Source of the DNA: a virus
Reading direction: 5' to 3' (one strand)
Length of the DNA stretch: 64,000 bases
Virus record (IMG/VR): IMGVR_UViG_3300009610_000028
Span: 1 to 64,000 of that record
The position numbers and the translations under genes were made by a program. Each line of letters opens with the position of its first letter. Within the stretch, counting starts at the first letter, position 1. This document shows positions 18,612-27,834 of this stretch, piece after piece. Under the pieces are notes generated by a model. The model had not been told where the DNA came from, ran no database searches, and saw only the letters and a list, made by a program, of their open reading frames with translations.

Positions 18612-18643
18612 TTGGAATTTCGGCGACTTTTTGCTTCTAGTAT
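18612..18643 (+). promoter_or_regulatory. Conserved 32-bp promoter-like motif TTGGAAT-N13-TGCTTCTAGTAT, copy 1
   Basis: Same boxes and spacing as 59555-59586 (+) and 59243-59274 (-). Confidence 0.75.
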
Positions 18644-18663
18644 CTATGAGCAAAGGAACCGCA

Positions 18664-19215
18664 ATGAAACGTGTCACGGACCCGGCCGATCCCCGCCGCT
18701 GCAAGCACAGCTTCCCTCACGAACAGTGCTGGAATGAGGCCCCGGAACCTGGCAAGAATTGCACAGCCCACGGTGGCCGCGATATGATCGAAGAGAACGA
18801 GAAACGGCTATATCAACTAGCCGAAGTGGATGATCGAGCCAAGCTGGCTCACTTCTCAACGCACGAGCGAATCAAGTCACTCCGAGAGGAGATCGGCCTG
18901 GTGCGCCTTCTGATTGAGAAGCGTATGAACCTCATCAAGAATGAGGCAGACCTTCTCGCTGCATGTGGTCCACTCAACAGCATGTTCCTGACGCTGGAGA
19001 AGCTCATCAAGAGTTGCCACAGTCTGGAGCAAAGCCTGGGCGAACTTCTGACCAGAGACACCGTTGTGCGTCTCGGCCAAACGCTCTGCAACATCGTCAT
19101 TGAAGAGTTGCAAGGGATGGAAGGACACGAAGAGGTCATCGACCGAATCGTCGAGCGCCTCTTCCCCACTATCAACAGCACACGCAATTCTGAAATTCTG
19201 AAACTCAGCCTCTAG
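18664..19215 (+). CDS. Probable terminase small subunit
   Basis: C...C...CTAHGG (HGG-type Zn motif) followed by SLREEIGLVR helix; heads the morphogenesis block. Confidence 0.55.
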   Translation: MKRVTDPADPRRCKHSFPHEQCWNEAPEPGKNCTAHGGRDMIEENEKRLYQLAEVDDRAKLAHFSTHERIKSLREEIGLVRLLIEKRMNLIKNEADLLAACGPLNSMFLTLEKLIKSCHSLEQSLGELLTRDTVVRLGQTLCNIVIEELQGMEGHEEVIDRIVERLFPTINSTRNSEILKLSL

Positions 19216-19408
19216 CTGACCGTGCTCAGTGCATAAAGGCCCGACTCAGCCCGCCTAGCGAATGAGTTACCCTCCCCACGGATAGTATCCGTGGGCCGAC
19301 GCCTTCGGGCGTTTCAACCGCGTGTGACGACATGCGGGTTCGGCGCGTACGGCCGGACATCTTTTTCAAGCTGTCGCACGTGGACAGCTTTCTTACACAA
19401 GAGGTTCT

Positions 19409-19615
19409 GTGTTCCTTCCACGTTGGTGCAAGTGCGGCAAGCCTATCAAGTTTGTTGACGAGCTTCGTTGCGAAGATTGCTTCGCGGACGACTCGCAGAA
19501 ATATACAGGCAAGAGTAACCGCGTGCAGACCACCAGTTGGCCGCCGGACACAGATCGTAAGTCTTCCAGTCCTCTTGGCCGGAGCAAACCCAATGTTCAA
19601 GTTCCGGCCTGTTGA
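19409..19615 (+). CDS. Small zinc-finger protein
   Basis: CKC...CEDC; GAGG RBS, GTG start. Confidence 0.5.
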   Translation: MFLPRWCKCGKPIKFVDELRCEDCFADDSQKYTGKSNRVQTTSWPPDTDRKSSSPLGRSKPNVQVPAC

Positions 19616-20186
19616 TGTTCCTGAATTCAAAGCCGGAGACATTCTCGGCTTCTCAGGCCACGCACTACTTAGTGCCTGGATCAACCTAATGACCTATGGT
19701 GTTCCCTTTTGGGGATTGAGTCATTGCGGCATTATCGCCGAGCATCAAGGACGACTGGTCCTCTTTGAGTCATGTGCCGAAACTCCTGACCCCTGCATCG
19801 TTCAAGAGAAGTTGGTCAGTGGATCGCAGGCACATGACATAGGCCAAGCCGTCGCGAGTTATCCCGGCAAGGTCTGGCACTATCCGCTGTACCGTAAGCT
19901 TTATGACTTCGAGTCAAAGCGGCTGTCTAAGTTCCTGCGTGGAAGTTTGGGCATGCCATACGACACGATTGGCGCGTTTCGTGCCACTGGTGTCGGGTTC
20001 TCGACGCTTGAGTCAATGCTTCGTCCGGCGGACCTGAGCAGCTTGTTCTGCTCGGAATGGTGTTGTGCGGCGCACAGTGACATCGGAGTCTTTCCGACCG
20101 ATCACTCCGGCCGTTACAGCCCCAATCGTTTTGTAAGGACAGAACGCCGACACGGCATCTTGCTCAAGCCCACGAGGTTGAAATGA
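19593..20186 (+). CDS. Permuted NlpC/P60 papain-like enzyme (YiiX/YaeF-like)
   Basis: GDIL...SHCGI (His first)...PYD...FCSEW (Cys last); GGAG RBS. Confidence 0.8.
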   Translation: MFKFRPVDVPEFKAGDILGFSGHALLSAWINLMTYGVPFWGLSHCGIIAEHQGRLVLFESCAETPDPCIVQEKLVSGSQAHDIGQAVASYPGKVWHYPLYRKLYDFESKRLSKFLRGSLGMPYDTIGAFRATGVGFSTLESMLRPADLSSLFCSEWCCAAHSDIGVFPTDHSGRYSPNRFVRTERRHGILLKPTRLK

Positions 20187-20782
20187 AACAAATTCTAGCG
20201 GCTGCTTTGCTGTCGCTTGTGATGTTGGCTGGTTGTGGACACGTCGCGATTGACTATGGCGGACCAATAAAGGGTGTAACCCCGGTCGTCAGGAAAGAGT
20301 ATCCGACTGTCAACCTGCCACTTAACCTTCGCCAGCCGAATTGGCTTGGTAACAAACGTGAAGGTTCCTGCGTGCATGCCACTGTGGTCATGCTGTTCCG
20401 CTGGCAAGGCCGTTATGCAATGGCCAACCACTGGCGAAACACTTATGGCAACGGAGAAGTTGCTGATGAGACGTGGGATGCAAGGGATAGCCTGGCAAAG
20501 AAATTTGATCGTGAAGGAGTCCGCTACGCCTATACCATTAAAGGTGACGTAGCGTTCCTCGAATGGGCTTGCTCGACACGTCGCGGTTGCGGCGTCACTG
20601 TCATGGGCGGCAAGCACATGGTTGCTCTAGTTCACTTCGACAACGAGTGGGCCGGCATCCTCGACAACAATGACATTGACACCATCACTTGGGTCGCCCG
20701 TGAGACCTTCGTGGCTGAATGGCAGAACAGCAACGGCTGGGCGGTGACGCCTGTTTATACGCCGGCCCCACCCCTGCCGTAA
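20183..20782 (+). CDS. Lipoprotein with papain/C39-like cysteine peptidase domain
   Basis: Lipobox LAGC; GSCVHA, HMVALV, ILDNN (Cys-His-Asp order). Confidence 0.7.
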   Translation: MKQILAAALLSLVMLAGCGHVAIDYGGPIKGVTPVVRKEYPTVNLPLNLRQPNWLGNKREGSCVHATVVMLFRWQGRYAMANHWRNTYGNGEVADETWDARDSLAKKFDREGVRYAYTIKGDVAFLEWACSTRRGCGVTVMGGKHMVALVHFDNEWAGILDNNDIDTITWVARETFVAEWQNSNGWAVTPVYTPAPPLP

Positions 20783-20796
20783 TGAAAGAGGAAAAC

Positions 20797-21444
20797 ATGC
20801 TCCGTCACCTGTTGGCGGTCGCCCTTTTGGTGGCCGCGATGTGTTCGCCGGTCGCTGCGCAGACTGCTATGAAAGCAGATGCTGCGTATGGCGTCCGCTA
20901 TGTCGAAGAGAGGGTCGTCGAACTGCCTGGCGATCAACTCAAACCTTATCTCACAGTCTTTGGTGAGAAGGGTGATCCAAAGATGGCAGCGATGGTTAAG
21001 TGGTTTGAGACCAACGATACCCTCAAGGGAATCAAGGACCAAACGCACTTCCTGGTGATGTACACGGACGATCCGATGTATCACCGCTACGCTGGCAACG
21101 TGCCTGCGTTGCCGTATGTGTGCCTACAAGCCGTGAACGTTGAGAAGCCAATTGCGGAATACGCCGGCTCTCAAGTTCCCATGACGGCCGACGCTCTGGC
21201 TAGGGGTCTTAACGTGACCGCCAGTAAAGCCGAGTGCTTCCGACGCCGGAATCAAGTGCAGCCTCAGCCTGGCCCTGGACCTGGACCATACATTGATCCA
21301 GCCCCGCAGCCGCTGCCGCCTACGCCTGGTCCCCCGTCTCGTCCCACGCCCCGCTTCCCTTGGTTCTTGCTCATCCTGATCGTGACTTTGAGTGCCGCTG
21401 GTGGCGCGGGTCGCGAGTGGTACAAGACCTACTACTCGAAATAA
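20797..21444 (+). CDS. Secreted protein with Pro-rich linker and C-terminal membrane anchor
   Basis: Sec signal ending VAA; possible CxxC-less thioredoxin-like core; PQPGPGPG linker; FPWFLLILIV TM. Confidence 0.75.
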   Translation: MLRHLLAVALLVAAMCSPVAAQTAMKADAAYGVRYVEERVVELPGDQLKPYLTVFGEKGDPKMAAMVKWFETNDTLKGIKDQTHFLVMYTDDPMYHRYAGNVPALPYVCLQAVNVEKPIAEYAGSQVPMTADALARGLNVTASKAECFRRRNQVQPQPGPGPGPYIDPAPQPLPPTPGPPSRPTPRFPWFLLILIVTLSAAGGAGREWYKTYYSK

Positions 21445-21457
21445 GTCGGAGACAACA

Positions 21458-21841
21458 ATGTTCGTTCTGTCTGGTTCTACCCTGGCCATCCTTGTGTTGG
21501 GTGGCGTCTGTGCGTTCCTCGCCGGCAAATGGCTGTTCACCAAGGACAGCGAGGCCGAGGCCCGCAAGCGTGCCGCGATCAAGGTTGCGAGCACGATGGA
21601 AGCGATGGGCCTGGTTCGCCTGCCCAAGCTGCTTGAGTGCTACGCCGTCAATGACTGGAGTGGCCTGGCTCACGAGATCAAGCTTATGGCTGAACTCGCC
21701 GTCAACGAGAAAGCTCTGCTCGCAGAGTTTGACGTGACGTTCTCTCGCGTTCTCGACATGAAGCTTCGCTCGGAAGAGGGTCGCGCTCTGCTCGCCGCGA
21801 AGCTCGCCGCCACTGCCGCGCCCACGCCGGCTGTCGCCTAA
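21458..21841 (+). CDS. Membrane-anchored helical protein
   Basis: N-terminal TM; GGAGA RBS. Confidence 0.75.
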   Translation: MFVLSGSTLAILVLGGVCAFLAGKWLFTKDSEAEARKRAAIKVASTMEAMGLVRLPKLLECYAVNDWSGLAHEIKLMAELAVNEKALLAEFDVTFSRVLDMKLRSEEGRALLAAKLAATAAPTPAVA

Positions 21842-22167
21842 TGCGAGCCTTACTGGCCGCATTTCTGTTCGCGATTCTGATTGCAGGTTGTGAGGTTCAA
21901 TCCTCATCTTCTCCATCGCTGGTCGCTGTTACCGCGACATGGTGCGAACCCTGCCAACGCGACAAACCAAAGCTCGTGGAAGTCAGTCAAGAGTTTCCTG
22001 TAACCGTGCTTGACTTTGACCAACAGCGAGCGGATGCCGACCGCCTCGGTGTCTCAAGTGTGCCTACCTACGTCGTCTATGACGCCAACGGTAAGGAAGT
22101 GCAACGGTTCGACAACTTGAAGCGTGCCATTTGGCTGCTTCGCAAGTTGTATCAATTGAGCAATTGA
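21841..22167 (+). CDS. Thioredoxin-family lipoprotein
   Basis: Lipobox IAGC; WCEPC active site; VPT cis-Pro motif. Confidence 0.9.
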   Translation: MRALLAAFLFAILIAGCEVQSSSSPSLVAVTATWCEPCQRDKPKLVEVSQEFPVTVLDFDQQRADADRLGVSSVPTYVVYDANGKEVQRFDNLKRAIWLLRKLYQLSN

Positions 22168-22234
22168 TCGGTGGCCCTCATTAGAGGGCCGCTTCGTTCA
22201 CCTACTGAGAGTGAACGAAGCGGAGGTTAAGGAA

Positions 22235-22360
22235 ATGGATTACTACGACAAGGTAATGATGCTCATCTTTGCTCTGAGTTGCTTATACGCAGCCGTCCGC
22301 ATCGCTGAGATAAACGTCACTGCCTCGTCGCCTAACCGCCGGACCAAGAAGGAAACCTAA
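22235..22360 (+). CDS. Small membrane peptide, 41 aa
   Basis: GGAGG/AAGGA RBS; hydrophobic core and basic tail. Confidence 0.5.
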   Translation: MDYYDKVMMLIFALSCLYAAVRIAEINVTASSPNRRTKKET

Positions 22361-22960
22361 ATGACAGTACGCAACCCTCGCAGGTGCCGCCGCAACTGTC
22401 CAGAGGAAGCTCCTAAGCCGGGAATTGCACCAGCGCGTCCAGCGCAGTCACTGTCTGTGACTTCCAAATCGGAAGGTGATCGGATTTGGAGGCACGCGCT
22501 TTACGGTACGGGCACGTGCATCGGAATGATCGAAGGCTATGCCCAAATGGGTATGCCTGGCGATCCTTTGGACACCATCAACGAATTTGTTAGGCGGCTC
22601 GTATCGGTCGCTGCTCACATAAAGGCCAAGAGAAATGAAAGTACGGATGCCCAGAGCGGACAACTTCCCGCTCGTGAAGATCACAGCCAAGGGTCTGAAC
22701 TGGTCGAGCGAGATGCTCCTGGATCAGACGCACAAGGAATGCGACATCCCGCTCCCAACAGGGACGGACGAGAACGACGTGGAAGTGACCGCGACGTTCT
22801 GCAACGGTCGGGGACAGACGGTGGAAGATTGCGGAGTGCTGAAAGCACGAGTCGAGAAACCGAAACCGGCCCCAAAGAAAGCCGAGCCGAAACCGGAACC
22901 AAAGGTGGAAGCAAAGGCCGAAGCAAAGCCGGAAGCAAAGTCAGCGCCGGCGAAGAGTGA
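22361..22960 (+). CDS. Hypothetical protein; C-terminal half overlaps next gene
   Basis: AAGGA RBS; N-terminal ~90 aa looks coding. Confidence 0.5.
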   Translation: MTVRNPRRCRRNCPEEAPKPGIAPARPAQSLSVTSKSEGDRIWRHALYGTGTCIGMIEGYAQMGMPGDPLDTINEFVRRLVSVAAHIKAKRNESTDAQSGQLPAREDHSQGSELVERDAPGSDAQGMRHPAPNRDGRERRGSDRDVLQRSGTDGGRLRSAESTSRETETGPKESRAETGTKGGSKGRSKAGSKVSAGEE

Positions 22961-22973
22961 GTCAGTCGAATAA
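22635..22973 (+). CDS. Hypothetical protein with Lys/Pro/Glu/Ala-rich tail
   Basis: Coding-like codon usage; KPEPK-type repeats. Confidence 0.65.
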   Translation: MKVRMPRADNFPLVKITAKGLNWSSEMLLDQTHKECDIPLPTGTDENDVEVTATFCNGRGQTVEDCGVLKARVEKPKPAPKKAEPKPEPKVEAKAEAKPEAKSAPAKSESVE

Positions 22974-23041
22974 CTTCTGCGGGCCTTCTATGCCCGCGCC
23001 GCCGATCTGCGGCTTTCTTTCAGCGATCCAAGGAGCCGTAG

Positions 23042-23503
23042 ATGGCCAATCTCGTTTACAACAGGTTCAAGAAAAACATCGCTGACGGCACGATTGACTT
23101 CGATGCCGCCGGCACAGTCGTGCGGTGCTTGCTCGAACGCAGCACTTCCACCTATTCGCCGAACGCCGACGATGACTTCGTTGGTGATCTGACCGGGCTG
23201 GTGGAGATCACGGTCGCCAGCTATGCCCGCCAGACTGTTGCCAGCAAGGCGGTCAACCAAGACGACACGAATGATCGAGCGGAACTCGATTTCGATGACC
23301 TTGCCTTTGGCAACCTCGAATCAGGTCAGACCGTCAAAGCTCTGATCTTCTACGTCCAGACCGGCGGCAGTGATGCCACGCCGAACGACGACATTCTGAT
23401 CGCCCGCGTTGATACCGACGCTGGAGCGATTCTTCCCGTGGCCCTGGCCGGCGGCGCGTTCAACGTCGCAGTGAATGCCGAAGGCTTCCTCCAACTCACG
23501 TAA
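23042..23503 (+). CDS. Putative minor virion structural protein
   Basis: AGGAG RBS; MANLVYN...GTIDFD...YARQTV pattern of phage structural proteins. Confidence 0.7.
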   Translation: MANLVYNRFKKNIADGTIDFDAAGTVVRCLLERSTSTYSPNADDDFVGDLTGLVEITVASYARQTVASKAVNQDDTNDRAELDFDDLAFGNLESGQTVKALIFYVQTGGSDATPNDDILIARVDTDAGAILPVALAGGAFNVAVNAEGFLQLT

Positions 23504-23508
23504 ACAAC

Positions 23509-24024
23509 ATGGCTTTCTTTGCAGTCTTTGATCGGGTTAGTCCCAATCTGAACAAGTACATGGCGACGTTGTTCAACACGTCGGCCACACGCAAGGTTGT
23601 CGTCAATCGCATCTACCGCTTCGATTGGCAAGTGCAAGCGGCGACTGGTGTGCAACTTGAGCAAGAGTTGCGGGGCATTACTGCCCGCAGCGGCGGTAAC
23701 GCCGTGACGATTGTGTCCGAAGACCCTAACGATTCGTTGAGCGCCGGCATTACCGCCGAGCATGGTTCAACTGGTGTTACGGAAGGCGGACACGGACTTG
23801 TGCGACGGCTGTTTGCAACCAGTGAGGAAGTGGCGCTTGCTGCTTCAATCACACCGCCCTTTGTGTTGGGCCATGACAGCGATGCGCAACTCATCTACCA
23901 GCGCAGTGCAAACTCCAGCGGTCTCGTACTACGCGAGAACGACGGACTCACAATCAAGAATCTGACCAACAGCAACGTCGGCACTGTTAGCTACGTGTTC
24001 GAGTTTGAAGATCAGCCGGCGTAA
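23509..24024 (+). CDS. Putative virion protein, paralogue of next gene
   Basis: Shares LFN...TG...SEE...G-x-VLR-x-N-x-GL with 24037..24681. Confidence 0.7.
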   Translation: MAFFAVFDRVSPNLNKYMATLFNTSATRKVVVNRIYRFDWQVQAATGVQLEQELRGITARSGGNAVTIVSEDPNDSLSAGITAEHGSTGVTEGGHGLVRRLFATSEEVALAASITPPFVLGHDSDAQLIYQRSANSSGLVLRENDGLTIKNLTNSNVGTVSYVFEFEDQPA

Positions 24025-24036
24025 AGAAGGTGACTC

Positions 24037-24681
24037 ATGGCTCTGGCAGGTGATTCAATCCTGGTGACTCCAGGTTCTGGTGCAACGGTTGCGACCCATA
24101 CCGTTTCGTCCAAGGAACATCAGGTAGTGATGTTCGCCGATCAGACCGGCCACATCTGGGGTTCCAAGCCGCTCTACTACTTTCGTGTTCCGTTTCAGGT
24201 TCACGTCGGCGCTGCCAATACGAAGCATTGGGATTTGTTCAATGCTGACGCCTCACTAATCGTGCGCGTAGTCAGCACCATAATGATTCCTGACACGGTT
24301 ACAGCCGTGACAGGGCAAATGTTTGATTGGAACATGTCTCGCACTACGGCAGTCGGCACAGGCGGCACTGCGCTAACAGCATGGTTGCCAGATTTGAATC
24401 AGACCGCCTTGGACGCGGACATTACCTGCCGCGCCAAACCAACAGGCGGTGCAACGAATTCTACCATTTTGACGCAATGGCAGATGAATTCAGAAGAAAC
24501 CAATACCAACTCACAGCTAGTGGCTTCATTAGGCGGCTATGAGGCAATGCCAGAACCATTACGACCTGTGAATGGCGGGCAGGGCATTGTCCTTCGTCAA
24601 AATCAGGGTTTGGAAATGCTGCAAGTCACTGCGGCCTCTGCGGGAAACAGTGCTTTCTTGATTGGATTTACTGTGGAGTAA
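24037..24681 (+). CDS. Putative virion protein
   Basis: Beta-rich; paralogous to the previous gene. Confidence 0.7.
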   Translation: MALAGDSILVTPGSGATVATHTVSSKEHQVVMFADQTGHIWGSKPLYYFRVPFQVHVGAANTKHWDLFNADASLIVRVVSTIMIPDTVTAVTGQMFDWNMSRTTAVGTGGTALTAWLPDLNQTALDADITCRAKPTGGATNSTILTQWQMNSEETNTNSQLVASLGGYEAMPEPLRPVNGGQGIVLRQNQGLEMLQVTAASAGNSAFLIGFTVE

Positions 24682-24687
24682 CCTCGT

Positions 24688-25806
24688 GTGTCGCTACTCC
24701 TACTACTCAATCAGATACCGCCGACCAATGTCTCGCTGAATGCAGTTTCGGCAGCGTGGTCAACAGTAGCGCCAACAGTCCGACGCGGAACGTCTCTCTC
24801 GCTTAGCCCGCTCAGTCGGACAATCTCAGTCGTCACTCCTACCATCACGGTAGGACGCTCGCTAAGCCTCTCACCGATTAGTCGCACGATCTCGGTTGTC
24901 GCTCCGACAGTCCGAGTTGGGACATCGCTTGCGTTGACTCCTGTCACCGCTGCCTGGTCTGTTGTCGCCCCGACCGTCTCAGCCAACACGCAAGTCTCGT
25001 TTGCTCCGCTAGTCGTCTCGACGCAGGCGGTTGCACCGAGCATCACGGTTGGAACCACGCTCGCACCTAATGTGCTGGTTGTGGCCTCTTCGCTCACTCA
25101 GCCTACGATCACTCGCGGCATCAACCTTACGTTGACACCGCTTGTCGTTCAGGCAACGTCTGTCGCGACTACGATCACTCGCGGCGTTGAAGTGACGTTG
25201 ACCCCGGCTGATGCTCACTGGTCGGTGGTTGCTCCTGCGGTCACGAGTGGAACAACGCTTAGCCTGGCACCGCTGGTTGTGGCGACAAGCATCGTTGCTC
25301 CTGCGATTACGTTCGCCACGGATCACAACGTATCGCTTGCTCCGCTTGTTGTCAGTGTGACTTCGGTCGCACCAACAATCACAGTCGGACGCACACTTCA
25401 ACTCAGTCCGCTTAGTGTTGCATTCTCTAGTCCACTGCCTAGCATCACGCGGGGTGTGGCTCTCGCGCTTTCACCAGCGGTCATCAGTTCGGCGATTATC
25501 GCGCCAGCGATTAGTCGCGGTGTATCTGCGACACTCACGCCGCTCGTACTGACGTTCACGCCAGTCGCTGTCACTCTTGGTGACATCACGACAATCGTCC
25601 TCAATCCGCTCGTCGTATCAATGACGTTCGGTTTGCCGTTGCTCACCGTAGAAGCCGGCGTTCACCCCTTCTTCTTTGAGTTTCTCCGCTCTGTGAACGT
25701 CGAGTTTCCGAAACGTCGAAGGAATCGGTTTGTGATGCCAATCGTGAACCAGTATCCAATCGCGTTTGTGTTCGACCGGCAGGAACGATTGAAACTGGAG
25801 AGTTAA
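24688..25806 (+). CDS. Ser/Thr/Val-rich ~19-aa repeat protein (fibre-like)
   Basis: Repeated L-x-L-x-P-L-V-x5-A-P-T-I-T-x-G unit. Confidence 0.75.
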   Translation: MSLLLLLNQIPPTNVSLNAVSAAWSTVAPTVRRGTSLSLSPLSRTISVVTPTITVGRSLSLSPISRTISVVAPTVRVGTSLALTPVTAAWSVVAPTVSANTQVSFAPLVVSTQAVAPSITVGTTLAPNVLVVASSLTQPTITRGINLTLTPLVVQATSVATTITRGVEVTLTPADAHWSVVAPAVTSGTTLSLAPLVVATSIVAPAITFATDHNVSLAPLVVSVTSVAPTITVGRTLQLSPLSVAFSSPLPSITRGVALALSPAVISSAIIAPAISRGVSATLTPLVLTFTPVAVTLGDITTIVLNPLVVSMTFGLPLLTVEAGVHPFFFEFLRSVNVEFPKRRRNRFVMPIVNQYPIAFVFDRQERLKLES

Positions 25807-25807
25807 T

Positions 25808-26116
25808 ATGGCCGGTCAAATTCATCAGTTCGACATTGGTACTGAGTTCATCTTTGAGTTCAGAGACCAAGACGCCATTCTCCCTCTCGATGACGCCACT
25901 CTGATCGAAGTCATCTTTCGCAAACCGGGTGCTCCGAACGTCACTAAGGAACCAACCTTGGTGACAGATGGTTCCGATGGATTGGCCCGCTACATCGCCC
26001 TCGAAAATGATCTCGATGTAACCGGCAAGTGGCGAGCACAGGGTCACGTCATTAAACCTTCCGGCGAGTGGCACTCTACAGAAGCCGAGTTCACGGTCTA
26101 TCCGAACTTGGATTAA
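25808..26116 (+). CDS. BppU N-terminal-like virion adaptor protein
   Basis: DIGT...FRKP...DGSDG...YI...DLDVTGKW...Q pattern. Confidence 0.65.
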   Translation: MAGQIHQFDIGTEFIFEFRDQDAILPLDDATLIEVIFRKPGAPNVTKEPTLVTDGSDGLARYIALENDLDVTGKWRAQGHVIKPSGEWHSTEAEFTVYPNLD

Positions 26117-26157
26117 CGGTGGTCGAAAGATCGCCACTCTCAGGCCGGTGATCTTTT

Positions 26158-27834
26158 ATGAGTTCGATTTACGACGAGCTACGCGCGTCAATCGCGGACG
26201 GTCTCAAGAACCGTACATTGACAAGCTGCTCACGATGGGCTGCTCGTCGCAGAATCATGGGCGGCGAATTCGCCGGACCATATTCGGATTGTAAGCATCC
26301 GTGGGTCAGAGAGATGCACGACAGTTGGGCACCGTTCAACTGGGTAATGAAGGGCGCACAAGTCGGATGCACCGAAGTCGCCATCAACCGAGCGCTCTAC
26401 ACGATTGACAAGCTGCACCGGGACGTGATGTACGTCCTGCCCACCACGAAGAACGCCAGCAAGTTCAGCAAGGGTCGTTTTGGTACTGCTCTTGCTCTGA
26501 GTCCCTATCTCAAGGGTCTCTTCACTGACACGAACTCGGTGGACCTCAAGCAGGCCGGGGCCAACTGTCTCTACATCAGTGGCTCACGAGGCGACAGCAA
26601 CCTCAAGTCGGTGCCTGTCTCCGAACTCGTTCTCGACGAGTTGGACGAAATGGACAAGTGGGCGATCAGTCTAGCGCTGACTCGTCTTCAAGGTCATACC
26701 GAGAAGCACGTCTTCGGTCTCTCGACTCCCACCATTCCTAATCGTGGCATCCACGAGCAGTTCAAGAATAGCACCCAAGAACATTTTGTGTTCCCGTGCC
26801 CAAGCTGCTCGCGGCAAATCCACCTAACGTGGCCAGACAACATTGAAATCCTCGGCGAAAGCCTGATCGACCCGAAAATCAAAGACTCCTATCTCAAGTG
26901 CCATCTCTGCAATGCTCGTCTTGAGCATCTCGACAAGCCTAACTTTCTAAAGCATGCGACATGGGTCTCCATGAATCCCAACGGGATCAAGGAGCACCGA
27001 GGCTTCCACGTCTCGCAGATGTACAGCTTCACGATGAGTCCTGCGGAACTCGTCTATTTCTACTTCAAAGGCTTCGGCAGCGAGTGGGACGCCAAACAGT
27101 TCCACAATTCGCAGCTAGGCGTGCCATTCATCAGTGACGGAGCACAAGTCACTGACGAGATGATCGACCGTTCTATTCGTAACCATACGAAGAACGATGA
27201 CCGACCAGTGGTTGGCGGTGAGAAGATCATCACGATGGGCGTGGATCAAGGCGACTGGAGCTACTACGAAATCTGCGAGTGGACGATTGAGAGCTTCGGC
27301 CTCGATCTGAATGCAACGTCGCAATGCAAAGTGATTTGCGAAGGCAAGTTCTGGCGAGAAGACTTCGACCGTGAACTCAATCGACTAATGCGTGAGTGGC
27401 AAGTCCTCACGTGCGTCATCGACGCTGACCCCTTCGGCCTTGAAGCTCGACGATTCGCTCGTCGCTTCCCTGGCCACGTCTATCTCTGCCGCTATCGCAG
27501 CGGAGTGACGGCACGGGAGATCGCGATCACCGATGACGAAGACGGCGCACCGATCATCACAGTGGATCGCTCCAACTGGATGAGTGCGGCTTTGGGACGG
27601 TTCAAAAACAACCCGTCTCGGATTTGGTTACCCGCTGATGTGTCGCATGAATACCGCGAGCACGTCAAGAACCTCGTCGGCACGTACAAGCAAGACGAGG
27701 AGTTCGGCAATCCGGTCTATGTCTATGAAGACATCGGACCAGATCACTTCGGACATGCCCGCTGCTATGCGGAGATCGCGTTGCCGCTGGTGGCAGTGCA
27801 AATGACCAACAAGGATGTCAAGGCGTTCCTATGA
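26158..27834 (+). CDS. terL: Terminase large subunit (lambda GpA-like)
   Basis: KGAQVGCTE Walker A, VLDELD Walker B, STPT, CPSC...CHLC, MGVDQG nuclease Asp, DHFGHA. Confidence 0.92.
   Translation: MSSIYDELRASIADGLKNRTLTSCSRWAARRRIMGGEFAGPYSDCKHPWVREMHDSWAPFNWVMKGAQVGCTEVAINRALYTIDKLHRDVMYVLPTTKNASKFSKGRFGTALALSPYLKGLFTDTNSVDLKQAGANCLYISGSRGDSNLKSVPVSELVLDELDEMDKWAISLALTRLQGHTEKHVFGLSTPTIPNRGIHEQFKNSTQEHFVFPCPSCSRQIHLTWPDNIEILGESLIDPKIKDSYLKCHLCNARLEHLDKPNFLKHATWVSMNPNGIKEHRGFHVSQMYSFTMSPAELVYFYFKGFGSEWDAKQFHNSQLGVPFISDGAQVTDEMIDRSIRNHTKNDDRPVVGGEKIITMGVDQGDWSYYEICEWTIESFGLDLNATSQCKVICEGKFWREDFDRELNRLMREWQVLTCVIDADPFGLEARRFARRFPGHVYLCRYRSGVTAREIAITDDEDGAPIITVDRSNWMSAALGRFKNNPSRIWLPADVSHEYREHVKNLVGTYKQDEEFGNPVYVYEDIGPDHFGHARCYAEIALPLVAVQMTNKDVKAFL

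Noticed and set aside
19332-19592. N-terminal extension of the NlpC/P60 ORF
   Set aside because: A GGAG RBS precedes ATG 19593; the upstream part overlaps hairpins and a separate zinc-finger ORF.
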